A stretch of DNA of 64,000 nt from Penicillus capitatus (taxonomy: Eukaryota; Plantae; Chlorophyta). Both the position numbers and the translations under genes were made by a program. Positions 33,001 through 45,662 of this stretch are shown piece by piece. Each line of letters starts with the position of its first letter. Position 1 is the first letter of the stretch. Location of the stretch: the NCBI GenBank assembly GCA_965649825.1, contig OZ287711.1, positions 293,201 to 357,200 on the forward strand, given 5' to 3'. The notes beneath the pieces were generated by a model. The model had not been told where the DNA came from and ran no database searches. It saw nothing but the letters and a program-made list of their open reading frames with translations.

Positions 33001-33497
33001 ACAGTTCGCTTCTCAGCAACTTCTTCCTCCAGAGCGGCCTCTTTCTGTACCACCACCAGCGCCTCGACATGCGCCTGCTTCAGTTCCTCCCGTAACTGGC
33101 GCAAAACGACACTCTCTGCATTGCCCTGCTCCGTTCCCTTCTCCACAGCGAGCCTCTTCTCGCGCTGGAGACAAAAAACGTGCGATCCGATCGAGACGGC
33201 ATTTCTGTGATCGATCGATTCGTCACTGACTTCGAGATGGCGTTCGAGACGCTTTTCTTCCAGAACGAGTTTCTGAATCGCTTCTGTCGACCGCTGGATG
33301 TCGTTATGGATCGCATCGTAACGTTCCCGTGCGAACTCTGCCTTCTCGACGTTCAATCCACCGCACTCGACCGCGTCTTCTAGCATCTACGACCGCCATC
33401 ACACGACATCCGTGCGATTCGCGACACATTCAGCGACGTGAAGCGCTTCCTGTGGCGTCAGGCATTGGTGCAGCGAAGGAACGTCGCTGTCCGCCAT
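30025..33497 (-). CDS. CCDC146: Coiled-coil domain-containing protein 146 (MBO2-like axonemal protein), multi-exon; start approximate
   Basis: Long coiled-coil exons with QNRNFTGLLLIDRNDELCLLYEKSNIHE and C-terminal RPNAYIPDDLGIPRPFG..FKPTPAGSSMRHIK. Confidence 0.85.
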
Positions 33498-33876
33498 GGG
33501 CAGCCTAATGCAAACACTGGCTGTCTGATGTGACGTCGCCATCGGCCTTCCCAAGACACCGCATGGCCAACACGTCACTGTCAACACCGCTGCCATCGTC
33601 GCGGCCATCCAACGCTCGATAGCGGACCCCATAGACGCTTTCACACTCCTCCCTTGCCGCTCTCACGTGTTGCCGCCGCGGAGTCCTGCGTCACTCGCCC
33701 AGCGTCCATCGCCGAAATTCGGCGCGTCTGTCGCGTCTACTGCATGACAAAGCGTTCGGCGGAGATGTGCCTTTCTCTCCGCCGAAGTTTGCACCGTGCA
33801 GAGATCAACGCTCGTGTGCGGCGGCGCATCGTCGTCGCCTCGAGGACAGTCCAGTGATGTGACGTTTCCATTCGCG

Positions 33877-36800
33877 ATGCTTCCCATCTTGCTGTTGCTG
33901 CTGCTCTTTGGCGGCTCAACGTCCTGGGCGCTCTACGAAGATCAGCTCGGGAAATTCGATTGGCATCGACGTGGCGTCGGACGACCGATCGCCGTTTCGC
34001 TGCATCCACGCAAACCGCGTCTCATCGCCGCGACCGAAGCGAATGTCTTGACCCATCTGCATCTGCGTGACGGCGCGATGCAGTGGCGGCAGAAACTGGA
34101 TCATCCAATCCAACGACTCGACGTCTCTCATCGTGACAACGCCGTCTGGACTGTCACTTCGGACAACAGCGTCCGCGGCTGGTCCCAAACGGACGGTGCC
34201 ATTCGCTGGGAACGCTCTCTTCCATCGCCGCCTTCGGCCATGCATTTCATCGATGACGATGCGCCGACGATGCTCTACTGCACTGGCGAGGCGCTGGAGT
34301 TGCGCGACCGTCTGGATGCTATGGTCTGGTCGACGCGAGTGGAGGCCCTTGTGTCCTGTCAGGGATCTCACTCTTTTGCGGAAAGCGCTGAAGGAGTGAC
34401 CCTCATCTCGCAATGCAGGTAACATCAGCAGTCACATCACGAGCGCCGCCAAACTGAGATGGCGGCGGATAGGGATGGGAGAGTGCTGCTCACCAGCTTC
34501 GATGCCTCGACAGGAAAGGATGTCTCGACTAAAGAGTTCACCCTGGAAGAGCCGAAGCCGATGGAACAGCGCGGCATCCTGAACGGCCATCTCGTCCTGG
34601 CCAGTCCTCGACAGCTATGCATCTTGGATGTGACAGGCACGGGCCGTCGCTCTTGCAGGCCGAGAAGGGAAGGTGTGTTGCAGGGGCATCGAGTGCATTG
34701 ACCTGTCACATCACAAATGGAGTGACAGAGCTGTTCCGCCAGCGGCTGGTGACAGTAGATGCTGATCAAGGTGAGTCATACGCTGCGTCGTTTCGTCGGA
34801 TGGCACCCGATTCTGGACTCTGTTCGGGAATCGTCGCTTTTCGATACGTCGCCTCGAACAGAGATATGAGGGCGCCGAAAAAAAAGCATGTGCCTCTGGC
34901 AAGCAAGAGAGCATCGCTGCGCATTTCTTGCTGTTCGGTACATTGGACATCAGTTGTGTGGCTGTCTAGGCCAGGCAATGATCCAAGAGATCCAGAACGG
35001 AGTGATCCGTAACATCGCCACCATTCACGACTACCGCCTCCATTCCGCTGCCCTTCAGCTTCCAGATCACGAAGCCGTTGCCTTCCTGTGCAAAAACGAA
35101 AAGACAGGTCGCCGTCGATGGCCCACATCCACAGTTGATCGATGTGACTGATGTAGGATGGAAGCTGGACGTCTATGATCTGTGGACGGGAGCCATCCTC
35201 CATTCCGAAGACACCTCGCACCTGCAGATCGATCTCATACCGCAACTGATCGTATCTGGCAGCTACCTGCGCAAAAACGCCACCATGGGTTACCGGTAAA
35301 TGATCATCTCTGCGATCAAGCCTGCGAAGTACACGTGTGCAGATTCGTGATCGTGAGTGCCCACGGAGACGTGCTTATGCTGCAGCAGGGACAGAAAGTA
35401 TGGGAGCGTCACGAGGGGCTGTCCAGCGTCGCCTCCGCTGTGTTTGTCGATCCGCCGATGCACGGGTCACATCATCTCCAAGCCGATCCAGCCAAATGGA
35501 TTCGCGTCCAGTTTCTCACTCTAAAGGTCACACTTTTGACGTCTTGTTGAGCTGTCACATCACTGCGGTGTTTCTAGGTTCAGTTCCAGCTGAACACGGC
35601 AGGGGAGAAGGAGCAGCTGGCGGAATGGAAGAGGGACTTGAGCGGGAAGCATCTGTCTGTCAAAGACGCCAGCGGCTACCGAAAATTCATCGTGTGCCTC
35701 ACTGCAGACCATTCTGTCGTCGCTCTGCACAACGGAGATGGGCGCGTCGTCTGGGAAACGCGTTTTTCGCCAGACGAGCCACCGGTGAGCCATCCTCAGC
35801 TTCCGACCAGCTTCAGACCTCAGCCGCCTTGCTGCGCAGTTTGACGGTCTCGTTCTCTGGTCCTATGCCCACGGAGAAGGCATCTCGCCCAAGGTCTTGC
35901 TTTATCGCAAGGGCAGCAATGCCACCTTCGCCATCCTCGATGCACACAGCGGTGCCGTTCTCACTCATCAGCCCACGCACTTTCCTTTCACCAAGGTACA
36001 TCGCAGACGTCTCTCACACACAAACGTCACATCACCCGGCGATGATGATATACCTTCATGACGGTCTACTGCAGCTCCGTACGCGAGTCTATGATGAACG
36101 TTTTTCCGTTTCGCTGAGCCATCCGATCGCCGGTCCTGTGATTAAACAGATCCGTTCCACATCCTGAGTGCTCTCTCTGATGACAGACGTCCAATTTCAT
36201 GAGGACACGTGTTCGATCGACGTCTCTTTGTGTTTCTGCAGATTCTGAAACTGCCGCATCCGGTGAGGGCCGACGCCGTGGAGCAGTCCGTCTTCGTCTT
36301 GATCGACACCGCCGATCCCGAATCGCCCGTCGGATCGCTGCTGCCGCCACTCGAATCGCCCGATCCACTCGATCGCTTCGTCTTCTGGGACGTCGAGGCG
36401 AAACAAGGCGTGGCGCGTGGATTCCGCATCGATGGCGTCGATCTCGATCGCAATCGTCTGACGTTCCTTCTCCAATGGCGGCTCGATTTTTACGCCCCCA
36501 TCGTCTCCCTCGCACAACGAGGAGCGAACGATCCCGTGCATTCCTACACCAAAGTCATCCCTCTCTCTTCATTCCCGTGTTCAGCTTCTGCTTAGGTCCT
36601 GGGCAACAGGAGTCTGCTTTTTAAGTACCTCAATCCCAATACGGCCCTCCTGGTCACGGCGAATCAGGCAGTCGAATTTGATGATGCCTTTCTAGAGGTG
36701 TTCTTGATCGATACGGTCACCGGACGCGTTCTCGTTCGCCAAGTCCACGAATCGGCCAAGGGACCGGTGCACAGTGTGATCTCCCAGCACTGGGCGGTCT

Positions 36801-37540
36801 ACCATTACTGGTCCATCTCCAATCAAAGGCACCGATCGACATCTGTCGTGCAGTTGCCTCACTCTAGCTTCCTTGCAGGTTCCAGATGAGCACGTTGGAG
36901 CTTTATGATGCTTCGCATCGTCCCCTGACCCTTTCCGATCTCCTCTTTCAGAAACTCGCTCCGGAGCGCCTCTCCTCCTATGACCCGATCCCAGTCCGTG
37001 TCTTCAATGCCACCTTCTTCGTCAGCAGTGCTGTCACATCACTGGCGGTGACCAAAACGCAGAAAGGCATCACGACGCAGCTTCTCCTGATGGGCACCGT
37101 CTCGGATCAGATCTACGCTATGAACAAAAAATTCCTCGATCCCCGTCGGCCCATTCGCCCAACGCAGCAGACCAAAGACGAGCGACTGATTCCTTACAGC
37201 GAACATCTCCCCCTGATGCCGACGCACTACGCCTCACACCACTACGATATTCTCGCCCTCAGGGTCAGGCCGCCGCCACCGCCGCCTTTTTGACACCCCT
37301 CGATGTTCTGTCCTTCAGGGTCTCCACTGCGCCGCCGCCGGATTGGAATCGGGCACGCATCTCTTTGCCTTTGGCGACGATCTGTTCTACACCCGACTCC
37401 AACCGGAGCGTGGATTCGATACCTTGGATGAAGATTTTAACTATGCCTTTCTGCTGCTGACGTTGATGGCGATGCTCCTGGCGTCGGTTGTGTGCCACTA
37501 TCTCGTGCGAGATGCGAAGCTCTCACGTAAGTGGAAGTGA
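33877..37540 (+). CDS. EMC1: ER membrane protein complex subunit 1, multi-exon
   Basis: Signal peptide then ALYEDQLGKFDW; SGYRKFIV; LYKYLNPN-type exon; LIDTVTGR..; GITTQLLLM..LDPRRP; C-terminal DLFYTRLQPERGFDTLDEDFNY + TM + KLSRKWK*. Confidence 0.93.
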
Positions 37541-37734
37541 AGGGGGAAGATAAATACGGGCGGATACATGAATGGTCACACTTTTTCTCACTGTCTTTAT
37601 TGGATGCTGACTTGGATCTTAGATCTCTCACATAAACAATCGCTGGAAGCGTCTGTCCAGTCCGCTCCGGTCCGGGTCCAGTCCAAACCTCAAAACCATT
37701 GAATCCGCGAAGCATGCGATGTCCATACTTAATC

Positions 37735-37763
37735 AAAAGAGTGACACCGTTTCTCACTCTTTT
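37735..37763. repeat. 10-bp perfect inverted repeat with 9-nt loop
   Basis: AAAAGAGTGA-caccgtttc-TCACTCTTTT, located between the convergent 3' ends of EMC1 and the orphan gene. Confidence 0.9.
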
Positions 37764-38006
37764 CTAGAAACAGCAACAAATCGACCACTACTATCCCACC
37801 TTGCACACGACGTTTCAAGCTGAAGAATACAAAACCAGCCACGACAGGAGACGATGTGAAAGATCCAGTTCTTGAGGAAATGAACAGGTCTAACGAACAA
37901 ACACACACAATGGCTAACAAAGGACAAGACGAACGACGACGACGACGACAATAAAGTATAAAAGAACTCTTCAATCAGCAGCGATCAACAGCAAGGACTC
38001 AAAGAA

Positions 38007-39841
38007 TCAGAAAGTGTGTTGTTGTTGATGTGACGTGGCTGCTCTGTCTGCTGGATGCGCTGTCGGCCAGCTTGGATCCCAGCCGTAATCGTATTTATTT
38101 CGACTCGATGTCCGACGCACCGTCCCAGGTGCCAGGGGATGAAGAGACGATGGCGTTCGACTGTTCAGCGCGTGTTCGCTCATACGCTGATCAAACGACA
38201 GATGCGACGGTGGGGGAGGCACAGTGATCACCTCGCCAAGGACATCGTTGCTCGTACTCGCCTCGGATTTCAGCACAGGCATCGACGATGACGAATCCAG
38301 CGTCTTCTTTTTAGCCCGATTCTTAGATTTTGATTTCTTGTTGGTGTTGGTACTTGATGCATCTTTGGACCCAGCAGTGTCTTGCAACAAGGTAAGGTCC
38401 AAATCGGATCGATAGAAGAGAAGCTCAATCCCCGTTTCCTAAAGGTCACACTTTGGTTTCTCACTCTTTTTAGTACTTAAGGTGGCGGCGGACCATTGAT
38501 ACGGACAGACCGTATTGTGCAGCCAAACGCTCGGACGTGTTCCGCAGCCATTCAGCCGGCAGCACAAATCTGCAGTTGAGTACGTCTTTCTGTTTCCCGT
38601 TATGGTGAAAGTCCGAAAGCCACTCGTTCAAATGCTGCTCGACGTTTTGGCACACAGCCTCATCGATCGGCTCCAATTCCATTCTCAGATCATCCGTCGC
38701 GTGCTTCAGCTTTCTTCGGTGCTGACCTTCGGGCGGCTTAATCTCCAAATGAATATTTCCGTTCTGCTGCACCTCGGCTGTCTCGAATCCAATCTTACAT
38801 CACACAAACGTCACATCACATATCATTCCTGTCACATCAGATGGCAATGGAAGGATGGCTTACTTCTAGTGCGATCTTGAGGATGCGCTCTTTGACTTCA
38901 TCTGCCAGACCCTTGGCCCAGATGTTGAATTTCTTTTCCTTGCGCACATTTGTTGACCAATGTTGTAACCGTCTCCATACCAGTTCTCCTTTCTGTATTG
39001 TCTTTTCTGTCCGAACTTCGTTTTCCGTCTCAGTAGTTTCAGCAGATGCGACGGTTAAAGCAATTCTGTGTTGATGTGACAGCTGCATTCTGACGTGACA
39101 TTCCGTCGCAACGTCCTGGAATATCCTCTTCACCGTCTCGATCGGCAGGAGAAACGCCTTGACGTCGTACTCGACCAACACGGCCTGATTCCAATGCTCT
39201 GTACCACGCTTCGACTGCAAGATGTTTTTCAGATGTGTCGCGAGGCTCTTCTCCATTGCCTCGTCCAATTGACTGATATCCATTTCGTCGATCTCTTCGA
39301 CGTGCGATGCCCAAGACTGACGCGCCTGACGTCCCCGAGACTCAGCCGTCATTTCCGTCATCGATCGATCGAGATGCACGAATGGGACGTCAAAGCGACA
39401 GGATTCGAATCCGAGACACTTGGCCAGAAAAGTGACCTTTTCGATGCAAGGATATTCCAAGAATCCAACAAGAAGCTGCAGCGACTCGGGTCCTCGAGCA
39501 AACCGTTCCAGTAACTGCTCTACCGTCTGCGACGTGTCTGGCTCATCCGCGAGGTCGTCATCCAGCTGCATGAGCTGCGACGGAGGATGTGACTGGACAA
39601 ATTTCCCGCGGGCCGTATCGTCCTCGCGTTCGAAATCGCTGTCCGTGAAACTGACGTCGGATGTCGGGGTGTCTGGCGTTTCGTACCATCGAGGATCGAC
39701 AGGAAGGGCACGGGAGACGATGTCCTTAGCGGTCCGCGTCGTCAGCTCAGGTAGCCCGGTCCTTTCACTGCCGACCTCGTACGGTGCGACCCCACGCGGA
39801 GCGTCTTCTTTCTCTTCTCGTTTCGACTGGTCGTTACCCAT
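38007..39841 (-). CDS. Protein of unknown function with an N-myristoylation-like start (about 3 exons)
   Basis: Begins MGNDQSK. A long open exon to about 38860 is followed by ORFs 38470-38772 and 38007-38402, which host-sized GT-AG introns can join (e.g. a 55-nt intron SM|ETGIEL). Confidence 0.6.
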
Positions 39842-40044
39842 GGACGCTGACGGATACCACAACTGCTGCTGCTGGTGGCGTGGTGGTGGTGAAAGACAAC
39901 AGAACGGACAGACGATGCTCAATGACGGTCGGAATGATGCGAGGTTTGTTTTGCGGGTTCAGTCGGCCAACCATCACTGTTTGCGAAGGGGATGTGACGG
40001 TGCGCGCACCGTTGGAAAGATGTGACGTTAAATGGCGCATATGG

Positions 40045-43000
40045 ATGCCCTTTGCTTCGATGGATGCAATTCGACCACCGATTGCCCTCTTCTACGCGCG
40101 ACTCCATGGAGCGCTGCGTCAGGAATTGGCCGATGTCTCTGACGAGGTGCTCAAAATCGGCACGCCGCATTCGAGCGCGACCCTTGACGCCATTCGCCAG
40201 AAGCTGCACTTTTTGGCCCAGGTGTACAGCTACCATAGTGTCGCAGAAGATGAAGTGTGACTTCTCACTCTTTGTCGGGCGATGCGTGTATGTTCGTTCG
40301 CAGATTGTTTACCCGGCACTCGATGCCAAGGTTAAGAACGTTACGCTACCCTATCGCGTCGAGCACGCCGATGAGGGACAGCTCTTCATTCAACTCATGC
40401 AGCTTCTCGTCACCTTCACCTCGACCGCTTCCCTTTCCCACCGGTCGATCCCGCCGCCACGCCGCAACGATGATGTGACAGGTCGTGGCTTGTGCAGGGA
40501 GCTGGCATGCAAGGTGGAGGAAGTCCGTACGACGATCCGGAAGCACCTGGACAAAGAGGAGCAGATTCTGTTCCCCCTTCTGTTGAAACACTTTACGTAT
40601 ACGGAGCAAGCAATGATGATCGCCGAGTTTCTTTTCTGTATCCCGATGACAATGGTTGGGCGTTTTCTCAACTGGATTCAGCCGAGTCTCGTGACGGAGG
40701 AGCGATTGGAACTGGTGGAGCACATGCGCGGCGCCGTTTCCGATCGCCTGCTGTTGGCTTTGCTGACGACGTGGCTCGATCCGTCACATCACGGAAGTGT
40801 GAGCGAAGGAAGCGACCGGGAAGCTGTGATCGAGGTGCCAGAAAGGCCGCCGCTTCGGACGATCGCCAACATACATCGCAGCATCGATCTCTCGCTCCAG
40901 AGCTTCATCCAGGAGGCCAGAGATCTCGTCCGGCAGCCCGACATCGACGGCGATCACATCGTCTCGCTCCTGGAGAAGCATCGGTTCCTCAAAGACGTCT
41001 GCCGTTTTCATATGCTCTCCGAAGAGGAGATCGTTTTCCCCGTCGCCTCGTCCTATCTCGACATCGGCTCCTGTCACCTCGAACACCTGGACGAGGGTGC
41101 TCTGTTTGATGATCTCGGCCGACTGCTGACGGATGTTCGATCGACGGCCAGACGCGGATCGGTAAAGTCAAAAGAGCTGCTGGACGAAGTGATCACCTGC
41201 GCCGAAGCAATGCGCGAGAATTTGGGATCGCATATGCTGCGAGAGGAGCAAGAGATCATCCCTCTGCTGCAGGAGAAGCTCGGATCGGTGGAGCAATGTC
41301 TCATCGTCTGGCAGATGCTCACGATGATGCCCTTGCGCTTGTTGGAACGCGTGATGCCGTGGATGTCGAGTGCGACGCGCGTCGTGGGTCACACAAGAGT
41401 GAGATGTGTGATGTAGGTCGGTTGAGTCAGAGTGAGATGAAGGGATGGATGGCGGCGATGCGCATCGGCGGCACGGACAATGCCGTCGCTGTCGAGCTGC
41501 TTTCGAAGTGGGCACAGAACGGGCGTTCCGATCTCCTCTCCAGACGCTCGACGCCGTCGCCCGATGGACATCTTCTGAAACGACCGAGACGTGAGGGGAC
41601 GCCATCGTCGCCTGCTGTCGGCAATCCCATCGATCACATCTTTCAGTTTCACAGAGCGCTGCGACGCGACTTCCGTTCTTTCGAATCGGAGATCCACGCT
41701 TTGGTCGAACGGGTGGAGGACGGAGTGCAGACGGAAGAGTGGGCGACGGATCTTCAACACCTCACGGGACGTTTTGCCTTCATCTGGGGACTCTATCAGG
41801 TCGCTCTGCTAAGAGTGAGAAAGTGTGAGAAGGTTTTGCACTCAGGCGCATTCCAAGATCGAAGACGACGTGATTTTTCCGGAACTGGAGTCTAAGGAAG
41901 CCACGCAGAACCTCAGCCATTCCTACATGTTAGATCACCGTCAGGAGGAAGTGCTGTTCAACGACATCCAACAGGTTGGTTGCCTTCTCACTCTTTTTTT
42001 CTGCCGCGATCTGTTCGCGCTCAGTTGCTGCAAGAATTGAGTGAGACGCAAGAGGAGGCGCAGGAAGTTGCACTGAAGCTGAGTCTGCGCTGCGCCGCCG
42101 TCCGTTCGGAACTCGAGACACACATTCGGGCCGAAGAGACCGAGATCTGGCCGCTCTTTGCCGAGCACTTTACTGTCGAAGAACAGCATCGCATCGTGGG
42201 TCACGTCATCGGGAGGACAGGAGCCGAGGTGCTTCAGATGATGTTGCCCTGGGTGTCCTCCTGCATCACCGAAGAAGAAAAGCAAGCGATGATGCATTCG
42301 CTGCACAGCGCCAGCAAGAAAACGCGATTCGAAAAGTGGATGCAGCACAGCAGCAGCGATGGCGGCGGCCATCAGCGCGACGCCGTCGAAGCTTCTCCGC
42401 AGCCGTCGGTTTCGGCGGCGCTTTCCGATGTCGCCTCGTATCTGCTGCAGAGTGGATGGCGCGATGCCGAGCTTGGGGAGTTCTGCCCGAGTCTGAACGA
42501 TATGTTTCGTCTCAATCAGCGACAACTGGAGGCGGCGGTGCGTCACGTATCCAGCGATCCTTCACTGGAACCCCAACGCAAATCCTATCTCATCCAATGG
42601 ATCCTGGTCTCCAAGTACATCACGCAGCATCCGTCACATCACGATCCCAAGCCCAACCGGCCGCATTTTGTGAGCTACGCCTCAGAAGCGGAGGGCGTGT
42701 TCGGATGCGCCCACTACCGGCGAAACTGTGCACTGGTGGCTCCCTGCTGCGGCGAGGTCTACGTCTGCCGTCTGTGCCACGACGCCGAACAGGATCACAA
42801 ACTGGATCGATACAGTGTAGAGGAGATCGTCTGTATGGCCTGCGGGACGAGACAAGGCGTCACCAACCGTTGCCAAAGCTGTCACATCATCATGGCACGG
42901 TACCACTGTGCGATCTGCCGGCTCTACGACAACGACCCTGACAAAGACATCTACCACTGTCCTTTCTGCAACGTCTGCCGTCGAGGCAAAGGACTGGGTA

Positions 43001-43517
43001 CGGCCACGAGAGGCAAACGGCACTAGAGGGGCGATGTTCGTTGGTGCAGGAGTGGATTTCTATCACTGTATGGAATGCAACGCCTGTATGCATACCAGTC
43101 TTTTCAAACGGCATCGATGCCGAGAGCGACGCATCGAATGCGTCTGTCCCTTGTGTCGAGAGAGCCTCTTCGACAGCAGTCTTCCTATTAAGGTCCCCTC
43201 CCTCTCTTCTCTGCCCCTCTCTTTCCACTGTCTCTTAGGAGCTTCGCTGCGGTCACTTTATGCACGCCTCGTGCTTTGCTGAGTTTTCCCGTTGGCATTA
43301 TCGATGTCCGATCTGCTTCAAGAGCTTCGGTGATATGACGGCGTACTTTCGTATGTTGGATAGATTGCTGGCATCGTCGGATCCGATGCCGGAGGCGCTG
43401 CGTTCCCAGCAACAGGCGATTCTCTGTCATGACTGCGGCGCCTCGTCGCACGCTCCTTTCCATTTTGTGTATCATCGATGCCAGAATTGTCACTCTTACA
43501 ATACGCGTCTGCTGTAA
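40045..43517 (+). CDS. BTS: BRUTUS/HRZ-type hemerythrin + CHY-zinc finger + RING E3 ligase, multi-exon
   Basis: Repeated hemerythrin motifs (HSVAEDE|[59 protein letters not shown]), [38 protein letters not shown], and terminal [12 protein letters not shown]. Start is 40045 or 40060. Confidence 0.94.
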
Positions 43518-43903
43518 ATGGATGATATCGGACGTCCCACGAGAGAACGCTCGTTTGATGCTCTCCCCACGCGGTCACACTGTGTGACCTCCATCCCGCT
43601 ATCCCTCCACAGAATCAAAACGCCTTGCTCTCGTGCGGATACTGATACGGCACATCAATCAGTTAAATGATAAGCTCGTCTATTGCACGCACGCACGTAG
43701 ATATAGATCCATCAACAGAAGATATCTCCACAATAGCAGAAAAAGACAGCAAGAATGCACGCATCATCATGTACGGACGGACGTTATTGCTTAGAAAAAC
43801 GAACGAACGAGAAAGAGGTAGGAGATTAGGGATATGGTTAACGCTGGGTTGCGGATATCAATGCCGGGCGGGTCGGTTGAGGTCTTGCGACGACGACGTC
43901 CTC

Positions 43904-45421
43904 TTATCCTTTGTTTGTCTTGTCAGAGGATTGGAGCTGAGCAAAGGCGCGTTTTGCTGCGCTCTCGACTCGGACGCTGTAGGCCACAGGGAGCACAAAG
44001 AAAAGAAAGAAGCTGAAGATCGTCGTTGTCCAGATCTCGGATGGCAACTGAACATCGGGCAGGCTGTTTCCTCCAAAGCAGCTGCGGTAGACCGTTCCGA
44101 TCGATCCAAAGAATCCGATCCAATGAAGAAACAGACAGATCCAAAAATTCACAGGGGCAGTCATGAGGAGAATCTTCTCTGGACCATTCATTGCGATGAG
44201 TTGCTGGACAACGGAGAGTGGATCGGCGGATGGGGCGTAGAAAATACGCGTCCAGGCTTGCACCACACGACTGAAGAACTGGGTGAACCAGACCACAGAC
44301 ATGATCCAGGAGTGGCGGCGGATGAACCACTGACGGTTAAGTACCCAGTTCAACGCGGCAAAGACATTCACAATGCAACACTGAACTTGCAAAAACAAAG
44401 ACACGAGATGAATCTGTGACAGCAAAGGTGTGAGAAGGTATAGTGTGAGAAGGAAGTGTGACCTTTGATCGATCATCTCTCTGAATTTGGTTCCACACGG
44501 AGACGGCGGCGAAGAGGAAGGTCAAGATGAGGACCCAGATATCTGTGTACTGAACTCTGGATGCCCACCACTCGTGAAAGGGGATACTCCTTATCTCTGT
44601 ACAGCAGGCCAGCGGGCATCACACATATTTTTCAGAAAAGTGTGACCAGCCACCTCGGGGCACGCACCTCTATGGACGGTCGTTGGCGGCGTGGCGGCCG
44701 GCGATGACGTATCGTGCATCTTGCGCAGCTCTGTGAGAAGAGATGACTTGGCGATGTCTTCCTCTGGGATAGCCTCACTTTGGAGGATATCGAGAAGGCA
44801 CTGCATCACCACGAGCTCACCCGGCCGCAGCTCTTCTGCCTTGATTTTGAGATCCGATACCATTTCACCATAAAATTGATAGTTCCATGCTGTTGAACCC
44901 AGCAGCGCAAATCCAATCTCACCGAAAGATACAACCCCCTTAAGATCCTGCATCGCATATGCCTCTTCCCTAGGCACATCAAGAAATGGCGGCGGCGGAT
45001 GATACCTTGTTCACGGACATAAGGTCCTCGGCAATGTTCTTGATACTGACAGCCGCTTCTGTATCGCTATCGCAGCATTTGGCCACTAAGTAGGACTCAG
45101 ATGAGCCCGAAAACTTAACCGCCTATGAGAAGGGTATGAGTGAGGAGGGGTATGGCTGGGTGACTGTCTTACTTTGTGTCGTGTCACAATGGCGTCGAGC
45201 TGCAGGTGTAGTCCGTGTAGAATCGTCAATTGTTCTTTGAGAGGCTTTTTTTCATGTAGTGTCTTGAAAGACGTCAAAGAGAGCGCTATCAGTCCCGTCG
45301 TTTGATTTATTTTGCAGTAGCAGGGTTCCGGTTTGTTGTAGAGCACACGTCTTCGTTGACGAGGAGAGCCAGCGGACGGAAGTATAGCGCCGACATCGGG
45401 TGCGCCAGGTGCTGTGCTCAT
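43904..45421 (-). CDS. Degenerate class III nucleotide-cyclase-like domain fused to a C-terminal multi-pass membrane domain
   Basis: Introns 45123-45172 and 44970-45018, plus two starting GTCACAC, give LIALSLTSFK..LDAIVTRHK|AVKFSGSSESYLVA..LKGVVSFGEIGFALLG..YQFYGEMVSDL..LRPGELVV, then several hydrophobic spans. The cyclase call rests on manual alignment. Confidence 0.6.
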
Positions 45422-45662
45422 CGAGAGCTGTCACATAAAGAAGACGAACGCACGCACGAGCGAACGAACGAACGAACGCGCGGAAATTCGGTCGCAAGGA
45501 AAGGAAAATCCAAATCCGAGCACTACGGGCGAACAAGTGAATAACGATGCGTATGTAGTAGGTTTCGTCCGATTCGTTGACGGCAAGAGAACCAGCCACC
45601 CGCCCCTCGACGATCCAGTCGACGTCAACGAATTGACTTGACGACAAGACGTTTGGCGAAGA

